A stretch of DNA of 64,000 bases from Candidatus Zhuqueibacterota bacterium (lineage in GTDB: Bacteria > Zhuqueibacterota > JdFR-76 > DREG01): assembly GCA_022566355.1 (NCBI GenBank), contig JADFJB010000006.1:67-64066 (forward strand). The letters are read 5' to 3'. Below the pieces are notes generated by a model. It saw nothing but the letters and a program-made list of their open reading frames with translations, ran no database searches and was not told where the DNA came from. The first letter of the stretch is position 1. Each line of letters opens with the position of its first letter. The position numbers and the translations under genes are program-made. Below, one piece after another: positions 54,944 through 62,821 of this stretch.

Positions 54944-55651
54944 ATGAAAGTTACCATTTCATTGTTTTTATTTATTTTAGTAATTGGCTGCTCTTCACAG
55001 GAAGCACAGAATGCCGGTAATGAAGATGAACAAACCGAATGGATTGTATTATTCGATGGCAAAACCTTCGATGGCTGGCGTGGTTTTAAAAAGGATGTTG
55101 TTCCTGAGGGTTGGGTCATTACCGAAAATGCCGAGCTCTATTTTATGGGTAAAGGAAAAGGATACATCATGACGGATGGGCAGTATGACAATTTCGAATT
55201 GGAATTGGAATGGAAAATTTCCGAGGGAGGGAATAGCGGTATATTCTTTCGTGTCAGCGAAGATGACAATGCAGTCTACCGCACTGCTCCTGAAATGCAA
55301 GTGTTGGATAATGCCAAACACAAAGATGGTAAAATTCCAGAGGAATCCGCCGGCTCAAATTATGCCCTTCACGCACCTTTTGCGGATGTAACCAATGAAG
55401 TGGGACAATACAATAAGATCCGGATCATCGCAAGAGAAAATCATATCGAGCACTGGATGAATGGACAAAAACTTTTGGAGTATGAGATCGACAGTCCGGC
55501 ATGGAAGGAATTGGTGGCAAACAGCAAATTCGGTAAAATGCCAAAGTACGGAACCTACAGTAAAGGGCACATCGCCTTACAAGACCATGGTGATAAGGTA
55601 TGGTATAGAAATATCCGGATTCGAACTTTACCATCAACATCAACCCATTAA
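54944..55651 (+). CDS. DUF1080 (3-keto-disaccharide hydrolase-like, GH16-like fold) lipoprotein
   Basis: Lipobox LVIGCSS. WIVLFDGKTFDGWRGF ... NSGIFFR ... HIALQDHGDKVWYRNIRIR are hallmark DUF1080 motifs. Confidence 0.8.
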   Translation: MKVTISLFLFILVIGCSSQEAQNAGNEDEQTEWIVLFDGKTFDGWRGFKKDVVPEGWVITENAELYFMGKGKGYIMTDGQYDNFELELEWKISEGGNSGIFFRVSEDDNAVYRTAPEMQVLDNAKHKDGKIPEESAGSNYALHAPFADVTNEVGQYNKIRIIARENHIEHWMNGQKLLEYEIDSPAWKELVANSKFGKMPKYGTYSKGHIALQDHGDKVWYRNIRIRTLPSTSTH

Positions 55652-55673
55652 CCGCGATAATTGGAGTATCACT

Positions 55674-57047
55674 ATGAAAATTCAGAAAAAAAATATTTCC
55701 CGGCGCGACTTTATTACTCGCGCCGCAATATCCACTGCTGTTTTTTCCATCGTCCCTCGACATGTACTTGGCGGTCCTGGTTTTATTGCGCCCAGTGACA
55801 AACTCAATATTGCATGTGTCGGCGCCTGGGGCAAGGGTCGATCGGATATCATGGGGGTCAGCACAGAAAACATATTCGCTATATGCGATATCGATCTTGC
55901 TCATTTACAAAGATTTAAAAATTCCGTGCAAAAAGAGGAAGGCGGCACGGAGCTTTGGGATAAAGCGCTAAAATACCAGGACTTCCGCAAGATGTTGGAC
56001 GAAAACAAAGACAGTATCGACGCGGTTACCGTTACTGTTCCGGATCATTCGCACGCGATTATTGCACTATCAGCGATCCAATTGGGCAAACATGTCTTCG
56101 TACAAAAACCGCTCACCCACACAATTTACGAGGCCCGTAAGCTTACCGAAGCTGCTCGTGAAGCTAAAGTCGTCACGCAGATGGGCAACCAGGGTCACGC
56201 TGGCGAGGGCGGCCGATTGATCAACGAATGGATCTGGGATGGCGCTATCGGACCGGTGCGCGAGGTGCATTGCTGGACCAACCGACCGATCTGGCCGCAG
56301 GGCATCAGAAGCCCCAAAGAAGTCATTTCAAAGCCGCCCACCATAAATTGGGATGTCTGGATCGGACCCGCGCCATACCGGGCTTACCACCCGGCTTATG
56401 CGCCGTTCCGCTGGCGCGGCTGGTGCGACTTCGGCGTTGGCGCCCTCGGTGATATGGCGGCTCATATCATGGATCACCCGTATTGGGCCTTGAAATTAGG
56501 TTATCCGACCAGCGTAATCGCAGAGTCTTCGGAATTCAATGGCGAGACCTACCCGGTGTCCTGTAAAGTAAAATACCAATTTCCGGCAAGAGGAGATATG
56601 CCGCCGGTCGAGTTAACCTGGCATGATGGCGGCCGGATGCCGGATCGCCCGGATGATTTAGAGCCGGGCAGAAAAATGGGTGACGGCGATGGCGGCGTCC
56701 TGATGATCGGCGATAAAGGCAAACTGATGCACGGCACCTACGGCAGAAATCCAAGGATTATCCCGGAAACAAAGATGCGTGAATATACACGACCGCCTAA
56801 AACCATCCCGCGTTCGCCGGGTATCCACCAGGAATGGGTTGAAGCTTGCAAAGGCGGCCCGCCCACAACGTCACATTTTGATTACTCCGGTCCGCTTACC
56901 GAGACCATGTTATTAGGAAACCTGGCCATTCGCATGGCACATAAAAACACCGCGCTGGAATGGGACGGAGAGAAGATGGAAGTGACTAATATGCCGGAAG
57001 CCAACGAGTTTCTAACTAAGCGGTATCGTTATGGGTGGAAGGTTTGA
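55674..57047 (+). CDS. Gfo/Idh/MocA-family oxidoreductase with twin-arginine signal
   Basis: Start at MKIQKKNISRRDFITRAAISTAVFS (Tat motif SRRDFI). Rossmann NIACVGAWGKG. EKP-like VQKPLTH. The ORF-track start at 55461 is an upstream extension overlapping the DUF1080 gene. Confidence 0.8.
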   Translation: MKIQKKNISRRDFITRAAISTAVFSIVPRHVLGGPGFIAPSDKLNIACVGAWGKGRSDIMGVSTENIFAICDIDLAHLQRFKNSVQKEEGGTELWDKALKYQDFRKMLDENKDSIDAVTVTVPDHSHAIIALSAIQLGKHVFVQKPLTHTIYEARKLTEAAREAKVVTQMGNQGHAGEGGRLINEWIWDGAIGPVREVHCWTNRPIWPQGIRSPKEVISKPPTINWDVWIGPAPYRAYHPAYAPFRWRGWCDFGVGALGDMAAHIMDHPYWALKLGYPTSVIAESSEFNGETYPVSCKVKYQFPARGDMPPVELTWHDGGRMPDRPDDLEPGRKMGDGDGGVLMIGDKGKLMHGTYGRNPRIIPETKMREYTRPPKTIPRSPGIHQEWVEACKGGPPTTSHFDYSGPLTETMLLGNLAIRMAHKNTALEWDGEKMEVTNMPEANEFLTKRYRYGWKV

Positions 57048-57051
57048 AAGA

Positions 57052-57096
57052 AGTGCCTAAAGTTCATAAAGTGCCTAAAGTGCCTAAAGTTGAAGA
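57052..57096 (+). repeat. Tandem 9-bp repeat (AGTGCCTAA-like) x5
   Basis: Direct read: agtgcctaa agttcataa agtgcctaa agtgcctaa agttgaaga, starting 5 nt after the stop at 57047. Confidence 0.85.
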
Positions 57097-57283
57097 AGCG
57101 AAATAAAAAATTTTAAAAAATAACAGAATGTCATTTCGACAAAGTGAAGCGAGGAGAAATCTTATCGCCTAATAATTCATTTTCCGAATGGCTCTAAAGA
57201 TTTCTCGCATTAAACTCTTCAAATTGTCAATAAGGCAAATTGTCAAAAGTATAACAAAATAACTTTAACCTTTAGGGGGAGTT

Positions 57284-57643
57284 ATGGACAATAAGGAATT
57301 TGCAAAGCAGCTTGAAAATCGAACAAGAACTTTCGCGATTCAAATTATTCAATTATCAACTAAATTACCAAGGACACCAGAAGCAAATGTAATTAGAAAG
57401 CAAATAACTAAAGCGGGAACTTCAATTGGTGCGAATTATCGGGAAGCTAATCGATCAAGAAGTAAAAATGACTTTATAAGTAAAATTAGAATATGCGAAA
57501 GTGAGTCAAGCGAAACCCAATATTGGCTTCAGATTATTGGGCAAATGTCCTGGATTTCAAAAGAAATAATAAATCCTTTGTATGAAGAATGCAGCCAATT
57601 GCTCGCACTATTTTCCTCCATTGTCCAAAAAAGTAAATTATAG
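57284..57643 (+). CDS. Four-helix-bundle protein (23S rRNA intervening-sequence protein family)
   Basis: FAIQIIQLSTKLPRTPEANVIRKQITKAGTSIGANYREANRSRSKNDFISKIRICESESSETQYWLQI matches the family. GGGGGAG RBS. 119 aa. Confidence 0.8.
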   Translation: MDNKEFAKQLENRTRTFAIQIIQLSTKLPRTPEANVIRKQITKAGTSIGANYREANRSRSKNDFISKIRICESESSETQYWLQIIGQMSWISKEIINPLYEECSQLLALFSSIVQKSKL

Positions 57644-57684
57644 GTTGTAGTTTATAAATAATTAAATAATAGCATCTTTTTAAT

Positions 57685-57706
57685 TTTAGGCACTTTAGGT
57701 ACTTTT
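57685..57706 (-). repeat. Inverted copy of the GTGCCTAAA-type 9-mer repeat
   Basis: Direct read ttaggcactttaggtacttttt is the reverse complement of aaaagtacctaaagtgcctaa. Together with 57052..57096 it brackets the four-helix-bundle gene in inverted orientation. Confidence 0.7.
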
Positions 57707-57722
57707 TTTATTATTGGATGAC

Positions 57723-57834
57723 TTTTAGTCTAGCGAGCTATCGTCTGTAACTCTTCTCTGATAACTTTTCGGAGCGTACTTTCCAACTTACATTCGTGTT
57801 GTTGAATTACTGGCATAATGCATCATTGATCAAG
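57723..57834 (-). repeat. Decayed duplicate of the brnA 3' end (~110 nt, ~88% identical to 58553..58666)
   Basis: ttttagtctagcgagctatcgtctgtaactcttctctgataacttttcggagcgtactttccaacttacattcgtgttgttgaattactggcataatgcatcattgatcaagg aligns base-for-base with the last ~35 codons plus stop of brnA. The copy carries stop codons (…LINDALCQ*). Confidence 0.8.
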
Positions 57835-57931
57835 GTCGTCTTGCAGGATGGGTAAGAGGCAACACAACGTACGAAACAGATTTCGGTTAGCGCATCAGAG
57901 CGGTGCTAGCTAGTGTGAAATTTATGTGACA

Positions 57932-58198
57932 CTATGCGCCCGCCAAACTTTTAGAACAACATGAGACGAGTGCAATCACAATTACCCCATTGTGATTTTC
58001 AAATTGGAGTGGAATAGTGTGAAAAAAATCTTTATCCGTAGTTAGAAAAATTGCTGAATTTTTTTGTGCTATATCAAAAAGAACAGAATCATCAACTCCT
58101 TTATATTCAATGGAATGTCCATCTATCGTTTCATGGCCAGTTGAATTTATATACGAAATACTTTTTCTAGGAAAATTCTCATCAAGAAAAAATATCAT
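57932..58198 (-). CDS. DUF5615 (PIN-like) protein
   Basis: MIFFLDENFPRKSISYINSTGHET...VDDSVLFDIAQKNSAIFLTTDKDFFH fits the DUF5615 consensus. The ATGA overlap with the upstream DUF433 reading frame is typical of this pair. Confidence 0.7.
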   Translation of the reverse strand: MIFFLDENFPRKSISYINSTGHETIDGHSIEYKGVDDSVLFDIAQKNSAIFLTTDKDFFHTIPLQFENHNGVIVIALVSCCSKSLAGA

Positions 58199-58441
58199 GA
58201 TACCTTGAGATTGTAAGGTAGACTTTCAAAACTGGAGAGGTAACTTCCAAATGAGAGCGCTGCTTGAATATCCTCTTTTGATATATTTGGATAGTCTTCC
58301 AAAATTTCTTGAAACGTATCTCCCGGATGCAAGAGCGCCAAGTATGTTACTTACAAGGACTCTTGTCCCTTTGATAACCGGCTTTCCATGACAAACATTT
58401 GGATTTATAGAAATTCTTTCAATCATAACCATTTCCTGCAT
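58195..58441 (-). pseudogene. DUF433 protein with +1 frameshift
   Basis: N-terminus MQEMVMIERISINPNVCHGKPVIKGTRVLVSNILGALASG is canonical DUF433. The conserved continuation DTFQEILEDYPNISKEDIQAALSF... is found in the +1 frame after an extra G in ...gcatccgggagatacg... Confidence 0.6.
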
Positions 58442-58560
58442 TCATTTATAGGTAAAAAAAACATTTTATAATTAAGCGCCAAAACGCAATAAGATCAAAA
58501 TTATTTTTTTGTGTGTTTTAAAAATGAATAGAATCTTCACTCGAAATGTTAATTTTTAGT

Positions 58561-58824
58561 CTAACGCGCTATTGTCTGTAACTCTTCTCTGATAACTTTC
58601 CGCAGCGTACTTTCCAACTTACCTTCGTGTTGTTGAATATACTGGCTTAATGCATCATTAATCAGGGTTTGGTAATTTCCACCACCCATTTTATGAACTT
58701 CATTGCGAAACCATTTAATTACATTGTCATCCAAACGAATGGTTATGCGTGTCTTACCAGGTGGCGATTTTACAACTGCACCTTGCTTAGCGCTACTAAA
58801 ATTATATTCTTCTTTTGCTTTCAT
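58561..58824 (-). CDS. brnA: BrnA-family antitoxin
   Basis: 87 aa; ...RITIRLDDNVIKWFRNEVHKMGGGNYQTLINDALSQYI... matches the BrnA (ribbon-helix-helix type) consensus. Confidence 0.7.
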   Translation of the reverse strand: MKAKEEYNFSSAKQGAVVKSPPGKTRITIRLDDNVIKWFRNEVHKMGGGNYQTLINDALSQYIQQHEGKLESTLRKVIREELQTIAR

Positions 58825-59077
58825 ATGTTTTACTCTCCGTTTTTGTGGCTTTGCGGGCTGAAATTATTCGAATATTGTCACCGCGATGCGTATACACGAC
58901 AACAAGTACTCGGCCAAATAAATCTATTCTGCTGTTGCAAATCGCTGTTCGTCCTCAATAATTTGATCTTTAATAGTTAAGCCCAGATCATCTTCAAGTA
59001 CACTCATTGCATCTGCAAAATCTAATTTATGCTTCTTTAGATTTCGAGTTGCCTTTTGCGCATCCCATTGATAATCT
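58795..59077 (-). pseudogene. BrnT-family toxin remnant (frameshift, no start codon)
   Basis: Minus-strand translation YQWDAQKATRNLKKHKLDFADAMSVLEDDLGLTIKDQIIEDEQRFATAE* continues after a shift as IDLFGRVLVVVYTHRGDNIRIISARKATKTE (BrnT: FEWDxxKxxxNxxKHxxxFxEAxxVF...RIISARxAxxxE). Precedes brnA in the canonical order. Confidence 0.5.
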
Positions 59078-59504
59078 ACTATGTTTCAATATATGCACAA
59101 TCAGTGCACAAAGCAAAGATTAAAAGTTGATCATAAATATTGGTGGGGATGATACTTTTATAGTGTTTATAAAATATGGTTCATCATTAAGGATGCATAC
59201 TTTTCGATTTGAAGCAAGGGGTCTATTTTTGAAATTAGGTTGGGACACAATATATTTATGATCCTTACTTATTAATCCTCTACGAGGTTATTTATGATCA
59301 ATTGCAGCAGAATGAGGCATCCACAGATTTTGATTTATCCTCGTTTAGGATATATTTATAAAAACTCTCGCAGAGAAAAAAACATCGGAGATGTTTAATT
59401 ATTGTAGAAACGAAGTCGAACATTTCCTCGTAGAGGATACATATGCGACTTGTATAACCTCTTCTTTCATTTCCACCATATTGACCTGGGGCAAAGAACC
59501 CCAA

Positions 59505-59580
59505 TGATTTTGAAATATGATATGACATACAATATTTAGAAGCGAATGTCAAGTTATTTTTGGGATTATTATCAATACAG
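59505..59580 (+). repeat. Copy 1 of a ~75-110-nt direct repeat (gattttgaaatatga...aatacaatattt..gcgaatgtcaag.tatttttgg)
   Basis: Aligns with 59813..59888 at ~85% identity. Weaker shared blocks (agatgaac..cgct..ga.aac.g.gg) continue ~35 nt further. Confidence 0.8.
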
Positions 59581-59700
59581 GGCCGCGGCACAATGAGATG
59601 AACGGCGCTCCTGATAACAGGATTACGGCTACTTGGCCAGTCCTGACGCCTCGGAACATAGATCTCGAATCCGATACTTGGACTGGTGCTTGCGGCCCTG
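59578..59700 (+). ncRNA. Candidate structured small RNA / structured DNA element (unclassified)
   Basis: GC-rich island in AT-rich DNA. Perfect 9-bp closing stem cagggccgc / gcggccctg; nested ccagtcc / ggactgg (7 bp), tcctg / cagga (5 bp) and tcgga / tccga (5 bp). No match to a known RNA family could be made by eye. Confidence 0.25.
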
Positions 59701-59812
59701 TTGTATCCATGTTACAAACCGAGAAATCCTTTGGCAAGACATAAAGATTCAGGAAGTAAATTTTCCCAATTCTAACTTAGATTCATCCTGAATCTGGTCC
59801 TGTGAATTCTTA

Positions 59813-59888
59813 CTGATTTTGAAATATGACATTAAATACAATATTTGATTGCGAATGTCAAGATATTTTTGGAAGCAAGGTCGGAAAA
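59813..59888 (+). repeat. Copy 2 of the ~75-110-nt direct repeat
   Basis: See copy 1. Spacing between copies is 308 nt. Confidence 0.8.
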
Positions 59889-60158
59889 GTAGTTTAGATG
59901 AACACCGCTTGAGAGAACCGTGGGCATAAATACATTCCTAGCTTCATAATTCAAAAATAATGTAATAATTTTTGCCTAGATTCCCAACAAATATTTTTAA
60001 TGGTTAATTATTATTGAGCTTTCAAACAACCTTACCTGCTCAAATTGCAACCAGGCAGCTAGCTGTTGTTGATTCATGGGGAGGAATAAATGTGGTAAAA
60101 GAAAAATATCATAGGTGAAGTTTCAGATTTTATTGTTTCATCGAAAAATGAAATTGTA

Positions 60159-61010
60159 GTGTCAGATAATCAAGCTAATCAGATCCTGTTTTTTGATAAA
60201 AAAGGCAATTGTATTCGCAGAGTAGGCCAAAAAGGACAAGGACCTAATGAATATAAACGCCCAGGTTCCATTGCACAAACTGATACGAATCTGATTATCA
60301 ATGATCATGGAAATTCACGTTTTCAATATCTTTCGTTAACGGGTGATTATATAGCCATAAAAAGTTACGAAATAGAAGTTGCACCATTAATTTCATCTAG
60401 AGGTGAAAGTTTTGATCATTCCGGAAATTATTTTTTAGCTACAAACGGATATTTGGCGGACAGTCTTATACAGAAATTTGATAAAAGTTTTAATCCAAAG
60501 CAATTGTTCGGTGAATTAGAATCTGATCAATTTGATTACCTAAATTACGCAAGTTTAAAGAAAGCCATTGAGAACAATCAAATTCCAGCAGTTCTGGTGA
60601 ATTCTATTTTATTGGAATATTGTGAAGATGCTACTTTGTTAGCCGTCCATATGTCGATACCTGTTATAAAAAGGTTTTCGAGCCAGGGCAAATTGTTGTT
60701 TCGAAAAAGCCTTAAAGTCCCGGAAATGGATTTGATGAAGGAAAAATTCTTTTCGGATAATAAAAAGAGTAAGAAAAAAAGGTTTCGGCCTCTTTATTAT
60801 TGGATGGATTTAGCATTGGACAATAAAGGTGGGGCTTATTTGTTATTATTCTATAATGAAAAGATGATTTTATACCATGTCGATTATGATGGCAACCTGA
60901 TAGAAAAACTAATTGGCCCCAGCGATTTTATAAGTCAAATCGTTTTGAATGGCAACGAGTTATGGGCATTTGGTATTTCATCTTTAAAGTTTTATAGATT
61001 TGAAATTTGA
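60159..61010 (+). CDS. NHL/six-bladed beta-propeller repeat protein fragment (5' truncated)
   Basis: The reading frame is open upstream to 60099 with protein-like sequence (IGEVSDFIVSSKNEIVVSD) but no ATG. Further NHL-like sequence (LAVVDSWGGINVVKEKY) lies in another frame at ~60030-60110. Confidence 0.45.
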   Translation: MSDNQANQILFFDKKGNCIRRVGQKGQGPNEYKRPGSIAQTDTNLIINDHGNSRFQYLSLTGDYIAIKSYEIEVAPLISSRGESFDHSGNYFLATNGYLADSLIQKFDKSFNPKQLFGELESDQFDYLNYASLKKAIENNQIPAVLVNSILLEYCEDATLLAVHMSIPVIKRFSSQGKLLFRKSLKVPEMDLMKEKFFSDNKKSKKKRFRPLYYWMDLALDNKGGAYLLLFYNEKMILYHVDYDGNLIEKLIGPSDFISQIVLNGNELWAFGISSLKFYRFEI

Positions 61011-61090
61011 ACATCTTACCTATTATGAAAAAATACTTTGGAAACGATAATATTTATACTATGTTGTAACGTTTTGCGTTACAAAGTAAT

Positions 61091-61402
61091 GTGACGTATA
61101 TATTGATCACTGTTAAATTTAGAAGAATCTATTTGGAGAAATGTTATCGAATTAAAAGTGAAGCTCATAAAAAATGGGGCCCGATTGTCGGAGATAAGTA
61201 TATTAAGCAATTAAATTTAATCTATGCTACTGAATCAGTAAAGGATTTATATTTAATACCTCAATTACGATTTCATCCTTTAAAAGGCGACTTGGAAGGT
61301 CATCACTCTATTACTCTTACATATCGAGCACGTTTAATAGTTAAATGTGACGGTGATACTATCATTTTGATAGAAAAGGTAAGTACAAAACATTATGAGT
61401 AA
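61091..61402 (+). CDS. higB: HigB-like (RelE/ParE superfamily) toxin
   Basis: C-terminal LIPQLRFHPLKGDLEGHHSITLTYRARLIVKCDGDTIILIEKVSTKHYE matches the HigB plasmid-maintenance-killer motif (LKGDRxGxxSIRxNDQWRIxF...DYH). 8-nt overlap with the downstream antitoxin gene. Confidence 0.7.
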   Translation: MTYILITVKFRRIYLEKCYRIKSEAHKKWGPIVGDKYIKQLNLIYATESVKDLYLIPQLRFHPLKGDLEGHHSITLTYRARLIVKCDGDTIILIEKVSTKHYE

Positions 61403-62483
61403 TAATGATTTTTATACAGACAGTCCCATTCATCCGGGCGAGCATTTGAAAGATACTCTTGCATCTTTTGGTCTCTCACAAACTGAATTATCTAATCGTA
61501 TTGGAAAGTCCAGAAAGGTCATCAATGAAATTATTTCCGGCAAAGCTCCTATTGCACCCAGCACTGCGATTCTTTTAGAACGTGTTCTAAATGTGCCGGC
61601 TCATGTATGGAATAATCTACAGCGTAATTTTGACCTGAATATTGCATATCTATCTGAGCAAGTCAAAATAAAAAAGGAAAGTAAATTATTAAGCTACTTT
61701 CCTATTCGTCAAATGATCAAATTTGGGTGGATTCCGGAGTGTATGTCTAATGAAGAAAAAGTAAAAAATTTACTTTCATTTTTTTGTGTATCCAGCCTCA
61801 TGAATATTGAAAACTCTCTATCTGTTCAATTTCGTCGATCGATAAGAGATAATATTTCAAAAGAAGCTTTATACGCATGGATCCGGCAAGGTGAATATGA
61901 AGTCAGAAAAATTGAAACTTCAACCTACGACAAAATTGGTTTACAAAAATGTCTATCAGAATTGAGAAATCTTACAAATGTTTCACCGGAACTGTTTCAA
62001 CCTGAAGTTAAGAGAATTTGTGCTGGAGTTGGTGTTGCTGTTGTGTTTGTTCCAGAACTTCCAAAAACATACATCAATGGCGCCACATTTTGGTTTGATG
62101 GTTTTAAAAAATCAGCACTTTTATTAAGCCTTCGGTTTAAGACAAATGACAATCTTTGGTTTAGTTTTTTTCATGAATTAGGCCACATCATACTACATCG
62201 CAAAAAGGAAAACTTCCTGGATATCTCTGATTTAAAACTCACTGGTGAAGATCGAATCAAAGAAAAAGAAGCCGACACTTTTGCTGCTAATATTTTAATT
62301 CCGGATGCAAAATGGAACGATTTCAAATATTCGGTTCCGTACACAAGACAGAAGATTTTACAATTTTCGCAAGACATTGCAATAGCCCCTGGGATTGTTG
62401 TCGGACGTCTTCAAAAGGAAGAATTATTGCCTTATAGTCACCTTAATGGACTGAAAGAAAAATATCAATGGGTTCTGGATTGA
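61395..62483 (+). CDS. higA: HigA-type HTH antitoxin fused to C-terminal ImmA/IrrE-family (COG2856) zinc metallopeptidase domain
   Basis: N-terminus IHPGEHLKDTLASFGLSQTELSNRIGKSRKVINEIISGKAPIAPSTAILLERVLNVPAHVWNNLQRNFDL is canonical HigA. C-terminal region carries HELGHIILH (HExxH) plus downstream E/D, typical of ImmA/IrrE. 362 aa. Confidence 0.7.
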   Translation: MSNNDFYTDSPIHPGEHLKDTLASFGLSQTELSNRIGKSRKVINEIISGKAPIAPSTAILLERVLNVPAHVWNNLQRNFDLNIAYLSEQVKIKKESKLLSYFPIRQMIKFGWIPECMSNEEKVKNLLSFFCVSSLMNIENSLSVQFRRSIRDNISKEALYAWIRQGEYEVRKIETSTYDKIGLQKCLSELRNLTNVSPELFQPEVKRICAGVGVAVVFVPELPKTYINGATFWFDGFKKSALLLSLRFKTNDNLWFSFFHELGHIILHRKKENFLDISDLKLTGEDRIKEKEADTFAANILIPDAKWNDFKYSVPYTRQKILQFSQDIAIAPGIVVGRLQKEELLPYSHLNGLKEKYQWVLD

Positions 62484-62605
62484 ACATTATATACTTATTT
62501 TGGACCCATTCAAAATCCTACCAAACATAATCAAATTTTCATTTTGACAACGAAATCTAACGAATTCAGGTAGATTGTCTTTTGCTCTAACTGTAAAAAC
62601 TATTT

Positions 62606-62821
62606 TCATCCCTTCTCAGCGGCTTTTATAATTTTGTCAACATCCTCAAATGTATCTTCTATGGAAAGAACACGACCACTTTTATAGTCTTCTAGTCCTT
62701 GCACAACTTTACGCATAAATTCAATGTTGTCTAAATCTAAAGTCTCCATTTTTGATTCTCCAAATTTTTGTATTCCCAAGTGTACTATCGTTTTCGATAG
62801 TTTCCACAGCGATCTACTCAA
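62606..62821 (-). CDS. Hypothetical small protein (possible antitoxin-like; likely start at METLDLD)
   Basis: 71-aa ORF whose start overlaps the stop of the DAO gene by 8 nt. No motif assigned. Confidence 0.3.
   Translation of the reverse strand: MSRSLWKLSKTIVHLGIQKFGESKMETLDLDNIEFMRKVVQGLEDYKSGRVLSIEDTFEDVDKIIKAAEKG

Noticed and set aside
55461-55673. Upstream extension of the Tat-signal oxidoreductase ORF (ORF-track start at 55461)
   Set aside because: The extension overlaps the conserved C-terminus of the DUF1080 gene. The real start is the Met preceding the RRDFITRAA twin-arginine motif at 55674.
59298-59591. 97-aa minus-strand ORF
   Set aside because: It overlaps the repeat copy and the inverted cctctacgagg/cctcgtagagg pair, and has no recognisable domain or RBS. 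The region is more likely non-coding.
59641-59670. tRNA-like T-loop motif (gatctcgaatccgatac) suggesting a tRNA or tmRNA gene
   Set aside because: No flanking T-stem complementarity, no acceptor stem or D-arm or anticodon arm arrangement, and overall length and structure are incompatible with a tRNA.
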